Positions 10,440-20,048 of a DNA stretch of 64,000 bases are shown here, one piece after another; the first letter of the stretch is position 1, and each line of letters starts with the position of its first letter. The notes under the pieces were generated by a model. The model did no database searches and was not told the DNA's origin. It saw only the letters and a program-made list of their open reading frames with translations. Source of the stretch: Candidatus Altiarchaeota archaeon (lineage in GTDB: Archaea; Altiarchaeota; Altiarchaeia; IMC4; SCGC-AAA252-I15); NCBI GenBank assembly GCA_043800705.1, contig JAZDMS010000024.1, positions 1 to 64,000 on the forward strand, in the 5' to 3' direction. Both the position numbers and the translations under genes were made by a program.

Positions 10440-11387
10440 ATGAGCCAGAAGACGGCAGCAGGACAGGCCGGTGAAAGACAGAGGGACCTGACGGAGTATA
10501 TAACGGGTTTGACCGACCCAGCAGACAGGATCACCGTCATCGTCCGCCCCGGCGACAGGGAAAAGGTAAAAGGCAAGCTGATATCCGCGGGAATACCAAA
10601 AGACAGGATAGACACGCCGACTGCTGAAGAATTTGACCCCAGAGGAAACCACCTGCTCGTAGTCGCAGACGTCGAGAACATACCCTCGCTGCGCAACGCA
10701 GTCACAGAAAAAGGTGCCGACGTGGCAATCGCATTGATAGTCCCAAAGGGGGACTACAAGGAGATGAGCAAAAAAGCAGGCCACCCCCTCATACACACCG
10801 ACATGAGCGACGACAGGGCGGAAGAAGTCCTGACAGATGGCATAATGACCGTCCTGGACGGGAGGATGCCTGCGACAATGCCCCCCCAGATGGAAGGCTT
10901 CCACCCGCCTAACGAAACAGATTATATAGGCGCCACAAAGGCCAAAATCGGAGGCCGGAAGATCCTGGTAAACGGCATGTACGGCTTCACCGACGCCGAA
11001 CGCTGGTTCGGCCCAATGACAGAGATGGGACGGATAGTCTGGGAGCCGAACACGGAAAAGGCAGAGGCAGCAATCCTCTCGAACCCCGGGGAATATGCCC
11101 TGGTCGTCTCGACGAACCCGGACACCCTCAAGAGGATAAAGGCGCAGCCAAGATGCGGGCACATATGCCGAGGTTACCAGTCGTTCCAGAGATACAACGA
11201 CCACGGAGGCCTAGTGACGGAGGGGGCGGCAACCGAGGCCCATTTTGCAACGCCAAGCAACCTGCACGAAAGCACAGACTATCTCGCAAGGTTTATAATG
11301 ACAGGATTCGAGATGATGGAGGGGGGCAAAAACCTCAAATCCCCCGACGCAGGGGAAAGATTCTCCTGGGCATTCGGGGTTAAGTAA
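10440..11387 (+). CDS. Hypothetical protein, possibly degenerate receiver-like domains
   Basis: 315-aa ORF; C-terminal half resembles the CheY-like pattern without the catalytic Asp/Lys. Confidence 0.6.
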   Translation: MSQKTAAGQAGERQRDLTEYITGLTDPADRITVIVRPGDREKVKGKLISAGIPKDRIDTPTAEEFDPRGNHLLVVADVENIPSLRNAVTEKGADVAIALIVPKGDYKEMSKKAGHPLIHTDMSDDRAEEVLTDGIMTVLDGRMPATMPPQMEGFHPPNETDYIGATKAKIGGRKILVNGMYGFTDAERWFGPMTEMGRIVWEPNTEKAEAAILSNPGEYALVVSTNPDTLKRIKAQPRCGHICRGYQSFQRYNDHGGLVTEGAATEAHFATPSNLHESTDYLARFIMTGFEMMEGGKNLKSPDAGERFSWAFGVK

Positions 11388-11421
11388 CGCAAATCCGAAT
11401 CATCGGATAGATATAGGACAA

Positions 11422-13227
11422 TCACCTGTAGAGGCTTTGGTTCAATTCTGAGTCGAATCCTTTTATCTTCGAGAACTTCTCTATCTCCTCTGCCAGGTCC
11501 GTGAAAAGGCCTCCCTCCCCGCTTCGGTTGATCTCCCTCGCAGCCACCAGGTACCAGGGCATTAGCGATGAGCGGCGGCTCTTCTTCAGTTCGATGAAGT
11601 CCTGTTCGCACGGTTTTCGTTCCGTCTTCTTCTCTATGTATTCTTCCATCAGGTTCTCGGAGACATCCTCGCATATGGCTCTCACGTCGGATGCGGAGTA
11701 TCCTTCGAGCATCTGCGCGATACTGTCAAGGTTCATGCCTTCGCATCCCGAACTCGAACCCTTCGCGAGGTAATAGTGTAAGAGCTGCCGCCTGGCGTTC
11801 TGGTCCGGGGCCCCAATGAGGATGTGCGTGTCGAACCTGCCGCTTCGGCGTATCGCGGGATCAACCCCCCAGGGAACGTTCGTCGCGCCGATTATCAGCA
11901 CCTTCGTGCCGCCTAAGTTGTTAATCTCCTGCAACAGCTGGTCGATGTACTCCGTCATCCAAAGGTTCGGCCCCGTAAGCTCCCTGCTGCCTCCGACTGC
12001 ATCTATCTCATCGATGAGGACGATACATGGTGCGACCTCCTTCGCCTTCTTGAAGATGGAGGAGATCATGATTATCGTGTCTCCATGGAACTTCCCCCGC
12101 ATGCTGGAGACGCTGGCGTCTATCAAGGGCACTTTGAGCTCCCCTGCAAGGGCGTATGCGAGGTAGGTCTTCCCGCAACCAGGCGGACCGTATAACAATA
12201 TCCCGCCGCCGAACGTCTTCCCGAACTTCTTCGCCTCCTCCGGGAACCTGAAGGGATACAATATCTCCTTGTTTATCGAGCGCTTCACCTCGTCGTTGAC
12301 GCCCATGACGTCGGAGAGTGTCTGTTTGATGTCGCGGTTGACGTTTACGCTGAATTTCGATTCCGCATCGGAGGAGGGCTTCTTCAGGCCTGAGCCCACT
12401 GCAACGGCCTCCTGTCCGCGGAGGATAAACGCCCTTTGGAAGTCGCGTTCCGCTTCGGCCCGTCTGCCCTGCAACGCGAAGATCTTCGCCCTGGCATAGA
12501 GCGAATCGGATGAGGGTCTCACACGGATAGAATAGTCCAGGTCTGTCAGGGCCTTCTCGTAGTCCCCCAGGTAAAAATACGCGATGCCGCGCTTCATATA
12601 GGGCCTGGAGTTGGTCTTTCCGGCGGGGATGTATTCGATGGATTTGGTCAGGTAATCAATGGATTCCTTATAGAACCCCACCTCCTTCAGGACGAACCCC
12701 GCATAAAAGTTGAGGCTGTAGTTCTTGGGGTCAAACTCGAGGCCCCGCTTGAGGTCGTCTATCGAGCCCATCATGTCATAGAGGTCGTATTTCGCGCGGC
12801 CGCGGTACAGATAAGCCGCTGTACATTTCGGATTCGCTTCCAGGCATTTGTTCATCAGCTCTATCGTCCGAAGGAAATCCTTCCTCAAAAAGACCGCCTC
12901 CCCCTGGGAGAGGTAGAACTTCGAGTCTCCCTGCATTGAGGTTGTACTCCCAGTCTCCTGCGGTTGCTGGGGGGCGGCCGGAACCCCCGCTTTTTTCTTC
13001 AGGGCATTCTCGAAATCCTCAGACGTGATTTCACGCTTTTTCTCGGATGATAGCGCTTCCGCCATCGGAAAGGAGGCCGCCAGGTCGCAGAGGTCCTTGA
13101 TCCCATCCTCGGAGAGGCCCTCGGTCAGCTGACCGAGCCGCGCAAAATCCAGGTCGGCCGAATAAGGCCTACCGGTCAGATGCTTCTTCAAGAGCGCTAT
13201 CCGTTCAGAGACGCCAAGACCATCCAT
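11422..13227 (-). CDS. AAA+ ATPase (CDC48/Vps4-like) with TPR repeats and an N-terminal lid-like segment
   Basis: Walker A GPPGCGKT, Walker B IDEID, SRH ATNVPWGVDPAIRRSGRFD; TPR-like helices (AYLYRGRAKY, YMKRGIAYFYLGDYEKALTDL). Confidence 0.9.
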   Translation of the reverse strand: MDGLGVSERIALLKKHLTGRPYSADLDFARLGQLTEGLSEDGIKDLCDLAASFPMAEALSSEKKREITSEDFENALKKKAGVPAAPQQPQETGSTTSMQGDSKFYLSQGEAVFLRKDFLRTIELMNKCLEANPKCTAAYLYRGRAKYDLYDMMGSIDDLKRGLEFDPKNYSLNFYAGFVLKEVGFYKESIDYLTKSIEYIPAGKTNSRPYMKRGIAYFYLGDYEKALTDLDYSIRVRPSSDSLYARAKIFALQGRRAEAERDFQRAFILRGQEAVAVGSGLKKPSSDAESKFSVNVNRDIKQTLSDVMGVNDEVKRSINKEILYPFRFPEEAKKFGKTFGGGILLYGPPGCGKTYLAYALAGELKVPLIDASVSSMRGKFHGDTIIMISSIFKKAKEVAPCIVLIDEIDAVGGSRELTGPNLWMTEYIDQLLQEINNLGGTKVLIIGATNVPWGVDPAIRRSGRFDTHILIGAPDQNARRQLLHYYLAKGSSSGCEGMNLDSIAQMLEGYSASDVRAICEDVSENLMEEYIEKKTERKPCEQDFIELKKSRRSSLMPWYLVAAREINRSGEGGLFTDLAEEIEKFSKIKGFDSELNQSLYR

Positions 13228-13357
13228 GGAGACACATGTTATGATATGGATTTACCCACCGATATTAAATAAGATCATATGAAGAGGCCGCGGCGACGTT
13301 GACGCACCGGACAAATGCGGCAGGCTATTTATTATTCAAAGGCATTGTACTAAAGGT

Positions 13358-13948
13358 ATGTCTGACCGTGGAGTCGTCGAAGCCGCCCTTTTCGTGGCAG
13401 GCGGGAACATCACGATAGAGAGGCTCGCGAAGCTGTGCAACCTCGAACCGAAGGCGGTAAAGGATATCGCCGACGGCCTCGTGGAGGAGTATTCGAAGAG
13501 GGACGGCGGGCTCGAGGTGTTCAAGTCCGGGAAGGCCTCTTACACGATGCGCGTGAAGCCGGAACTGGAAGACAACGTCACCCCCCTCATACCCGAGACC
13601 GACATGCCGAAGGCTATGCTCAAGACCCTTGCCATGATAGCCTATGAGCAGCCGATAAAGCAGTCGTACCTCGTGAAGATACGCGGAAATAGGGTATACG
13701 ATTACATGCAGAAACTCGAGCAGCTGGAATTCATCGAGCGCAAGGATGTGGGCCATACGAAGCTCATCTCGACAACGGCTAAGTTCAACAAGTACTTCAG
13801 GATAAACGACGCGAAGGAGCTCGTCATGAGGAAGGAGGCCGCCGAAGATGATGCGGCAGCTGAACCTGCCCCCCAAGATGAGCCCCAGCAGACGAAGTTG
13901 GAGGAGGCCGTTTCTGAAGCTTCCGAGGAGACGTCGACACAAAGTTGA
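13358..13948 (+). CDS. scpB: SMC-Scp complex subunit ScpB
   Basis: VEAALFV, LKTLAMIAYEQPI, IRG, TTAKFNKYF. Confidence 0.93.
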   Translation: MSDRGVVEAALFVAGGNITIERLAKLCNLEPKAVKDIADGLVEEYSKRDGGLEVFKSGKASYTMRVKPELEDNVTPLIPETDMPKAMLKTLAMIAYEQPIKQSYLVKIRGNRVYDYMQKLEQLEFIERKDVGHTKLISTTAKFNKYFRINDAKELVMRKEAAEDDAAAEPAPQDEPQQTKLEEAVSEASEETSTQS

Positions 13949-13950
13949 AG

Positions 13951-15927
13951 ATGAAAAAGCCGGGATTGACGATACTAATCCTTGCGTTCCTGATCCTTTC
14001 ATCAACCTTTGCATCCGCAAAGGTCTACTACCTCGAAAAGGCGTATGTGAGCTACCGCATCAACGACGACGCGTCAGTGGACGTAGAGGAGAACATAACC
14101 TACGACTTCAGGGACTCATTCACATATGCCTACAGGGACTTCGGAAAAGGGGCGTGGCAGACGCGGGACATCGCCGTACTGGAAAACGGGCAGGCACTCA
14201 GGCAGGAGATCACCGACGAAGGCTCGTACACGAGAGTCAAATGGTACTATTCCGCATCCAATGAAAGGAGGACCTTCACCATCAGATACCGCCTGACAGG
14301 CATTATAAAGGCCTACGACGACGTGGCCGAACTCTACTGGAAGGTCTGGGACTCGAACTGGGACCTGAGCCTCAAGAACCTCGAAGGGGCCATAATCCTC
14401 CCAAAGCCTGTGAACGACCCGAAGGATGTCTACACCTGGGGGCACCCCGAACTGAAAGGAAAGATCGCGATAGCGGAGAACAGGAGGATAATATTCCAGA
14501 CGTTCAGCATACCTAGCCGCCAATGGGTCGAGGTCAGGGCGGTGTTCCCAAGAAGCGTGCTGGCGTCGACGACGTACGCGAAAAGAATCGCAGGACAAGG
14601 ATTGGGCATGATAGAAGACGAGGAGAGAAACTACAGCCCGCCGATGGACGCAGACTGGTATATGTCAGTCATATTCGTGCCGGTTTTCCTGTTGGTGTGG
14701 GGGCTCGGATTCTTCGGAGGAATCGCAACCGCAATAATCAGTACAGTCAACCCGCCCCTCGGCCAGAAAATAAGGAGGGTCCTGGGCCCTGTTATACTCA
14801 TAGGGATGGTCGCGCTTTTCCTCGTGTTCTTCGCGGGATTCGCAGTCGGCACCGGCATTATGAGCTCAGGCAGCCTCGGATACCTCCCGGCCGTCTCCAT
14901 CCTGCAGGTCCTTGCATTTGCGCTTGTCTGGCATTTCTGGGGCAGGGAACCGGCTGTGAACGTACACTCAATATATGAGCGGGAGCCGCCGTATGATTAC
15001 AGCCCGGCAGTCCTTGACGCACTAATCCACCAGGATACCAAAAAGCCAAAGACCGAGACGATGGGGGCGGAGCTCTTGAACCTGTGCCTTAAAGGGAAGA
15101 TGAAGATAGGGAAGATTGATAAAGCAAAGGTCATGGGAATCTTTGGAAGCGGGCAGGACTACGAAATCCGGATAATCGACCGAAGCGAATTCGGCCTGAC
15201 AGAAAGCCAGAAGATCCTCTGTAGGATGATAGAGGTAATGGCGGCATTCAGATACGAAGGTACCTTCATACCTAGGAAAGTCGAAGATGAGACCCCAGAT
15301 CTCGTCACCCTGGAAGAGATGATGAATTATCTCAGAAGCCAGCCCCTTAAAACCAGGGAATGGCTCGAAAGCTGGCAGCACCAGGTTTGGGAGGAGGCCG
15401 ATGAGATGGGATTCTTTGATGAGAAAAACGGCTACATAGCGTATGCCCTGGCAACCTCCCTGAATGCCATCGCGGCTGCGATCATATCCCCGTTCATATT
15501 CCTACCCGTCGTCGTCATAGGAGGCATACTCCCGCTCGTGTACCCCAACGCCCTCCCCAACAGGACGAAAAAGGGCGCAGAACACTACGAGAAGTGGATG
15601 AGGCTGAAGAAATTCCTGTCTGATTTCAGTAATCTCAGCAGGATGCCCCCTGATGCAATAGCCCTATGGGAGAAGTACCTCGTATATGCCATACCGCTTG
15701 GGGAGGCCCAAAACGTCCAGAAGGCCATGGACCACGTCTTCAAGGACTACCATGGAGAAATACACTCCAACATCATGGCTGGCGGCTTTTCCGCGGCATC
15801 GTTCGCCTCAGCAGCCGGAGGATTCTCCTCGGCCTTCGCCTCGGCGTCGGCCACGTCGGGCGGGGGCGGATTCGGCGGCGGAGGTGGGGGAGGAGGCGGC
15901 GGGGGAGGCGGAGGAGGAGCGGGCTGA
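13951..15927 (+). CDS. DUF2207 family membrane protein
   Basis: DASVDVEENITY, YDDVAELYW, LWEKYLVYAIPLG, poly-Gly C-terminus; lies next to lemA. Confidence 0.9.
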   Translation: MKKPGLTILILAFLILSSTFASAKVYYLEKAYVSYRINDDASVDVEENITYDFRDSFTYAYRDFGKGAWQTRDIAVLENGQALRQEITDEGSYTRVKWYYSASNERRTFTIRYRLTGIIKAYDDVAELYWKVWDSNWDLSLKNLEGAIILPKPVNDPKDVYTWGHPELKGKIAIAENRRIIFQTFSIPSRQWVEVRAVFPRSVLASTTYAKRIAGQGLGMIEDEERNYSPPMDADWYMSVIFVPVFLLVWGLGFFGGIATAIISTVNPPLGQKIRRVLGPVILIGMVALFLVFFAGFAVGTGIMSSGSLGYLPAVSILQVLAFALVWHFWGREPAVNVHSIYEREPPYDYSPAVLDALIHQDTKKPKTETMGAELLNLCLKGKMKIGKIDKAKVMGIFGSGQDYEIRIIDRSEFGLTESQKILCRMIEVMAAFRYEGTFIPRKVEDETPDLVTLEEMMNYLRSQPLKTREWLESWQHQVWEEADEMGFFDEKNGYIAYALATSLNAIAAAIISPFIFLPVVVIGGILPLVYPNALPNRTKKGAEHYEKWMRLKKFLSDFSNLSRMPPDAIALWEKYLVYAIPLGEAQNVQKAMDHVFKDYHGEIHSNIMAGGFSAASFASAAGGFSSAFASASATSGGGGFGGGGGGGGGGGGGGGAG

Positions 15928-15971
15928 GGTCTTTTTAAGCAAACATCCAATATAATTCCAGGTGATAGTAA

Positions 15972-16559
15972 ATGGTCGGATTCTTTGAATTGATCGGAGT
16001 TTTTGGGATATTAGGAGTAGTGGGATTCGTAGGTCTTCTCGTCGTCGTAGGGGCGGTAATAGTCGTATACAACGGACTCGTCACGCTGCGCAACCAGTGC
16101 GAGAACGCATGGAGCCAGATAGACGTCCAGCTGAAGCGAAGAAACGACCTGATACCGAACCTGGTGGAGACCGTCAAAGGCTACGCATCCCATGAGCGGG
16201 GCACCTTCGAAGCAGTGACGCAGGCGAGGGCCGCGATGGCGAATGCGAAGTCGATGAAGGACATAAACGAAGCAAACAACCAGCTCACCGGGGCGTTGAA
16301 GACCCTGTTCGCGGTCGCAGAGAACTATCCGCAGCTGAAGGCGAACGAAAACTTCATGCAACTGCAGGAGGAGCTCACGACGACCGAGAACAAGATATCC
16401 TACGCCAGGCAGTTCTACAACGACATCGTGATGAAATACGACACAACCAGGCAGACGTTCCCGTCCAGCCTCATAGCAGGCATGTTCCATTTCGTCGACA
16501 AGGAATACTTCCAGACGCCCGAGGCCGAAAAGGCGGTGCCGAAAGTCAATTTCACCTAA
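15972..16559 (+). CDS. lemA: LemA family protein
   Basis: [49 protein letters not shown]; AGGTGA RBS upstream. Confidence 0.96.
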   Translation: MVGFFELIGVFGILGVVGFVGLLVVVGAVIVVYNGLVTLRNQCENAWSQIDVQLKRRNDLIPNLVETVKGYASHERGTFEAVTQARAAMANAKSMKDINEANNQLTGALKTLFAVAENYPQLKANENFMQLQEELTTTENKISYARQFYNDIVMKYDTTRQTFPSSLIAGMFHFVDKEYFQTPEAEKAVPKVNFT

Positions 16560-16560
16560 G

Positions 16561-17112
16561 ATGGGTTTGACCAGGCAAGAGGGCGGCAACTACTCCGTCG
16601 TCGATGTATCTTCCATCCCTGGGACGAAGAGGCTTGCCACCAAGGAAACCCGTGACTGGCGGGTCTACAGGCGGGAGATTGACGCCCTCATCTACGGCGC
16701 ATACCCCGACCAGTCCGCGATAGCCAGGCTTCTGGAACTGAAGACTACCTATTCCAGAGGAAGCTTCATGCTGGACCAGAGGGGAAGCCCGGTACCGAAC
16801 AGTGCCAAGGAGGGATCATGGGGGAGAATACCCCGGATGCATGGGGAATTCCATGAAGTAGAAGCCTCGAAGAGGAGGGATTGGTTCTGCGGACTCCATG
16901 TCGTAGACGGGGATGCCGAGGTATATTTCAGAATCAACCACCCGGACGCAACCGCCAGCATGAACCTGTATGACTTTGAGGCGCTGAAAGGCTCCCCCCT
17001 CGGGATAGCAGTCTCTCACTGGATCCATATCAAGTCGGAACAGCTCGAACGGGAGGGAGCCGACGTCGGGCAGATGAAAGAGGAACTGGGGGAGCAAGCT
17101 GGGGAGAACTGA
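16561..17112 (+). CDS. Orphan hypothetical protein between lemA and htpX
   Basis: 183-aa ORF exactly filling the gap (1 nt after the lemA stop, 0 nt before the htpX start). Confidence 0.65.
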   Translation: MGLTRQEGGNYSVVDVSSIPGTKRLATKETRDWRVYRREIDALIYGAYPDQSAIARLLELKTTYSRGSFMLDQRGSPVPNSAKEGSWGRIPRMHGEFHEVEASKRRDWFCGLHVVDGDAEVYFRINHPDATASMNLYDFEALKGSPLGIAVSHWIHIKSEQLEREGADVGQMKEELGEQAGEN

Positions 17113-18042
17113 ATGGAAAAGATAAACTTCTACGAGCAGATAGAAAGGAACAAGAGATACTCGTGGATACTGATGGTCCTGGTGTTCGCCACCGTCGCCG
17201 TACTGTCTGTAGCCTTCGCCATAATAATCGCAGGCATGTATGACATCGGAACCATGTTCATTTTCCTCATTTTCGCGACGGTCTTCAACATAGGCTACAT
17301 CCTGGCCACATACTACAAGTCAGCGGACATCGCAGTATCGTCCGTGGGCGCCATACCCGCAGACGCACCCCAATACAAACAACTGAACAACATCGTCGAG
17401 GAGATGGCGATAGCGTCAGGCCAGCCGAAGCCGAAGGTCTACGTCATGGCCACGAAGGACATAAACGCATTCGCAGCCGGCCGCGACCCGGAGCACAGCA
17501 TAATATGCGTCACCGAAGGATGCCTGCAGAAGCTCGAAAGGCAGGAGCTGCAGAGCGTCGTAGCCCACGAGATGACCCACATAAGGAACTTCGACATCAG
17601 GTTCGTCACCCTGGTCGCGGTAATGGTCGGCCTCGTGTCGATACTCAGCCAGATGTTCCTTCGGAGCATGTGGTACGGCGGAGGAGGACGAAACCGGGGA
17701 CGCGGTGGGGGAGGCGGACTGTTCATCGTCCTCGTGCTGGCAGGATTAATCCTCTCCATAATAGCCCCGTTGATAGTAAAGCTCGTCCAATTGGCGATTT
17801 CGAGGAAAAGGGAATACATGGCCGACGCCGGCGCAGTCGAGCTGACAAGGTACCCCCAGGGGATGATTGAGGCCTTGAAGAAGATAGGGGAGGACTACGC
17901 CAGCCCCGGGGAACACACCAAAGTCAACGCTGCCGTGGCGCCCATGTTCCTGGCAGACACGTCAAAGACACGGTTCATAGGGCTCCTGGAGACGCACCCG
18001 CCCATCAAGGACAGGATTAAGGCCCTTGAAAAGATGCTCTAA
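17113..18042 (+). CDS. htpX: Zinc metalloprotease HtpX (M48)
   Basis: INAFAAGRDP, HEMTH, SRKREYMADAGA, THPP. Confidence 0.95.
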   Translation: MEKINFYEQIERNKRYSWILMVLVFATVAVLSVAFAIIIAGMYDIGTMFIFLIFATVFNIGYILATYYKSADIAVSSVGAIPADAPQYKQLNNIVEEMAIASGQPKPKVYVMATKDINAFAAGRDPEHSIICVTEGCLQKLERQELQSVVAHEMTHIRNFDIRFVTLVAVMVGLVSILSQMFLRSMWYGGGGRNRGRGGGGGLFIVLVLAGLILSIIAPLIVKLVQLAISRKREYMADAGAVELTRYPQGMIEALKKIGEDYASPGEHTKVNAAVAPMFLADTSKTRFIGLLETHPPIKDRIKALEKML

Positions 18043-18065
18043 AGGATTAATTCCATTGTTGCCTA

Positions 18066-19199
18066 TTGGTTACTGTGACAAAGGCTGCAGAAAGCGCCAA
18101 GCATCCGAGATTCTTCACTCCTGAGACCCCAGTAGGGGATATCTTTGAGTTCATCCAGGAGGGGGAGAGGAGGCATGCGGAAAGGCTGAAACCTGCGGCA
18201 GGCGAAACCGAGCTAAGGGTCGACCTCCACCACCACTTCGTGCCCAGCATCAATCCAAAAACCAGGGCGAAACAGGTTAGGGCATTTTGGAAGGCTGCTG
18301 AGTATTCCGGACTGGACGCCGTCGCAATCACGACACACAGCAACATAGGGGCAGAAGACATTAATCCCGGCTCCATATACAGGGAACTCGCGAAGGCCAT
18401 GCCCGAAGCCCTGATGAAGAGGGGATTCAGGCTGCTTGCCGGGCTGGAGGTGCTATGCCAGGGGCGGGTGGAACTCGGCTTGATTTCGTCCGATCCAGAC
18501 CTCATCTACGGCGACGGATTCTGGATGTCTAAACCGGACCCACTGGATGCAGCAAAGAGAATCAGCGATGACGATAGGCTCCTTGGATATCTCCCCCACC
18601 CATTCCTGAACGCAGGCGGCGCGGCACACCCAGACAACCTCGGCCTAGACACGGCCAAAAGGCTGGTGGGAGACTATGGCCTTGGAGTCGAGCTGCACGG
18701 CTTCATACAGGATATCCGCGACTTCGCGCAAATGCCGGGGATCAATGCCATCCTAAAAAAACAGGCGGAGAAATGCCAACATATCCAGGAGGACGTGCAC
18801 TCCTCCGGACTCTCCCGGGACGCCGAATTCCTGACAGCTGGCGGAGACTACCACCACTACAAGAACCTGGGCAGGACGTTCATCATTGTCAAGGCAAAGA
18901 AGAGATCCGCGCTCCCCCTAAGGGAGCAGTTCAGGCTGTCGGAGACGCAATCTGGACTTGTCATACTAGAGGCATGCTCTGAAAGACTGAAGGATGACTC
19001 GGCAAACACACCGATAACGGACGATGGGCTGCTGGCGGGGGTCAGATCAGGCAAGAGGGACGGAGCAAGGGCTGTGCTGCCGCAGTCGAGGGGGATGAGA
19101 TTCCTGCTCCCCCTGACTGCAGAGATGTTGCGGGAGAAACTGGGACGAGACAGGGAAAAAAACCTCGTCAGCGAAGAGGACAGGGTGAATCCTGTCTAA
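18066..19199 (+). CDS. Divergent PHP-domain phosphoesterase
   Basis: Ordered PHP motifs VDLHHH, AVAITTH, AGLEV, PHPF, GVE, GGDYH. Confidence 0.7.
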   Translation: MVTVTKAAESAKHPRFFTPETPVGDIFEFIQEGERRHAERLKPAAGETELRVDLHHHFVPSINPKTRAKQVRAFWKAAEYSGLDAVAITTHSNIGAEDINPGSIYRELAKAMPEALMKRGFRLLAGLEVLCQGRVELGLISSDPDLIYGDGFWMSKPDPLDAAKRISDDDRLLGYLPHPFLNAGGAAHPDNLGLDTAKRLVGDYGLGVELHGFIQDIRDFAQMPGINAILKKQAEKCQHIQEDVHSSGLSRDAEFLTAGGDYHHYKNLGRTFIIVKAKKRSALPLREQFRLSETQSGLVILEACSERLKDDSANTPITDDGLLAGVRSGKRDGARAVLPQSRGMRFLLPLTAEMLREKLGRDREKNLVSEEDRVNPV

Positions 19200-19217
19200 G
19201 CACTCGCAGAGCGGAAA

Positions 19218-19227
19218 TTTATAAATA
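19218..19227 (+). promoter_or_regulatory. Archaeal TATA box (TTTATAAATA) with upstream BRE-like purines
   Basis: GGAAA-TTTATAAATA, followed by an AGGTGA RBS and ATG at 19255. Confidence 0.6.
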
Positions 19228-19254
19228 GGGGCGCCTATCTCGATAGGTGATCCC

Positions 19255-20048
19255 ATGCAGCAGGTAAACGATCTTGGGAAGTTGAGGCTGGTCCAGACAT
19301 GGAAAAAGCCTGAAACGGCTCTTAAGCCCAAAAAACGGATAATAATCCGGTGGCCAAGAGTATAATCCTCAAACCAGGCGATATATGCAGGGTTGAACCC
19401 GACCGTATAGAAGACCGTAATGTGCTAAGGGTCGAGCTTACCGAAACAGGCAGGAGCCTGAACGCACTAGCTCAGCTGAACCAGCAGGACCTCCCGCGCC
19501 AGATAGTCGAGCTCGGACCCGATGCTGTCAGGAATATCGGAAAGGTCGCGGGAGCCGGGATCGGGAAAAAACTCAATGCCGCAGCGAATGCAATAAGCCA
19601 CGGACTGGGGGAGGATGAGCTACTTCTTATCCCAGGGCTCAAGGAGCTCGGAAACCTCAGGTTCACTGCGGGGGGGCACGTCCTCGGGCAGGAGCCGTAT
19701 CCCGTGGAAAAACAGGCGAAACTGCAAAATGCCATCGAAAGATGCGTAGCGGAAAACCTACAGCAGAGGATCGAGGCCAGGTTGGAGCTGACAGGGGAAA
19801 AAAGGAGCAGGGAGATTCTAGAGGTCGGGATCCTAAAGAGAGGCGAAACCCTGAAGGTGGTCCCCTCCCCCCACACGGCAATCCGCCTCAGCACAGAAGA
19901 AGTCGGTGAGATCTTGGCTGACGTGAACGTCGAGCCCAGAACCTACACATTGGATGAAAATCCCGACAGGCCGCTACCCGGGCAGATAAGGTCCGAACTT
20001 GCAAAGTACGGCATCGTTTTAGGGGCTAGAAAGATACTTGGCGCCTAA
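19255..20048 (+). CDS. Hypothetical protein, apparently frameshifted at an A6 run (19330-19335)
   Basis: TATA, AGGTGA and ATG at 19255 open a 36-codon ORF; one extra A joins it to the 232-aa ORF 19350..20048. Confidence 0.55.

Noticed and set aside
15860-15927. G-rich low-complexity tract
   Set aside because: Encodes the normal poly-Gly tail of DUF2207 proteins.
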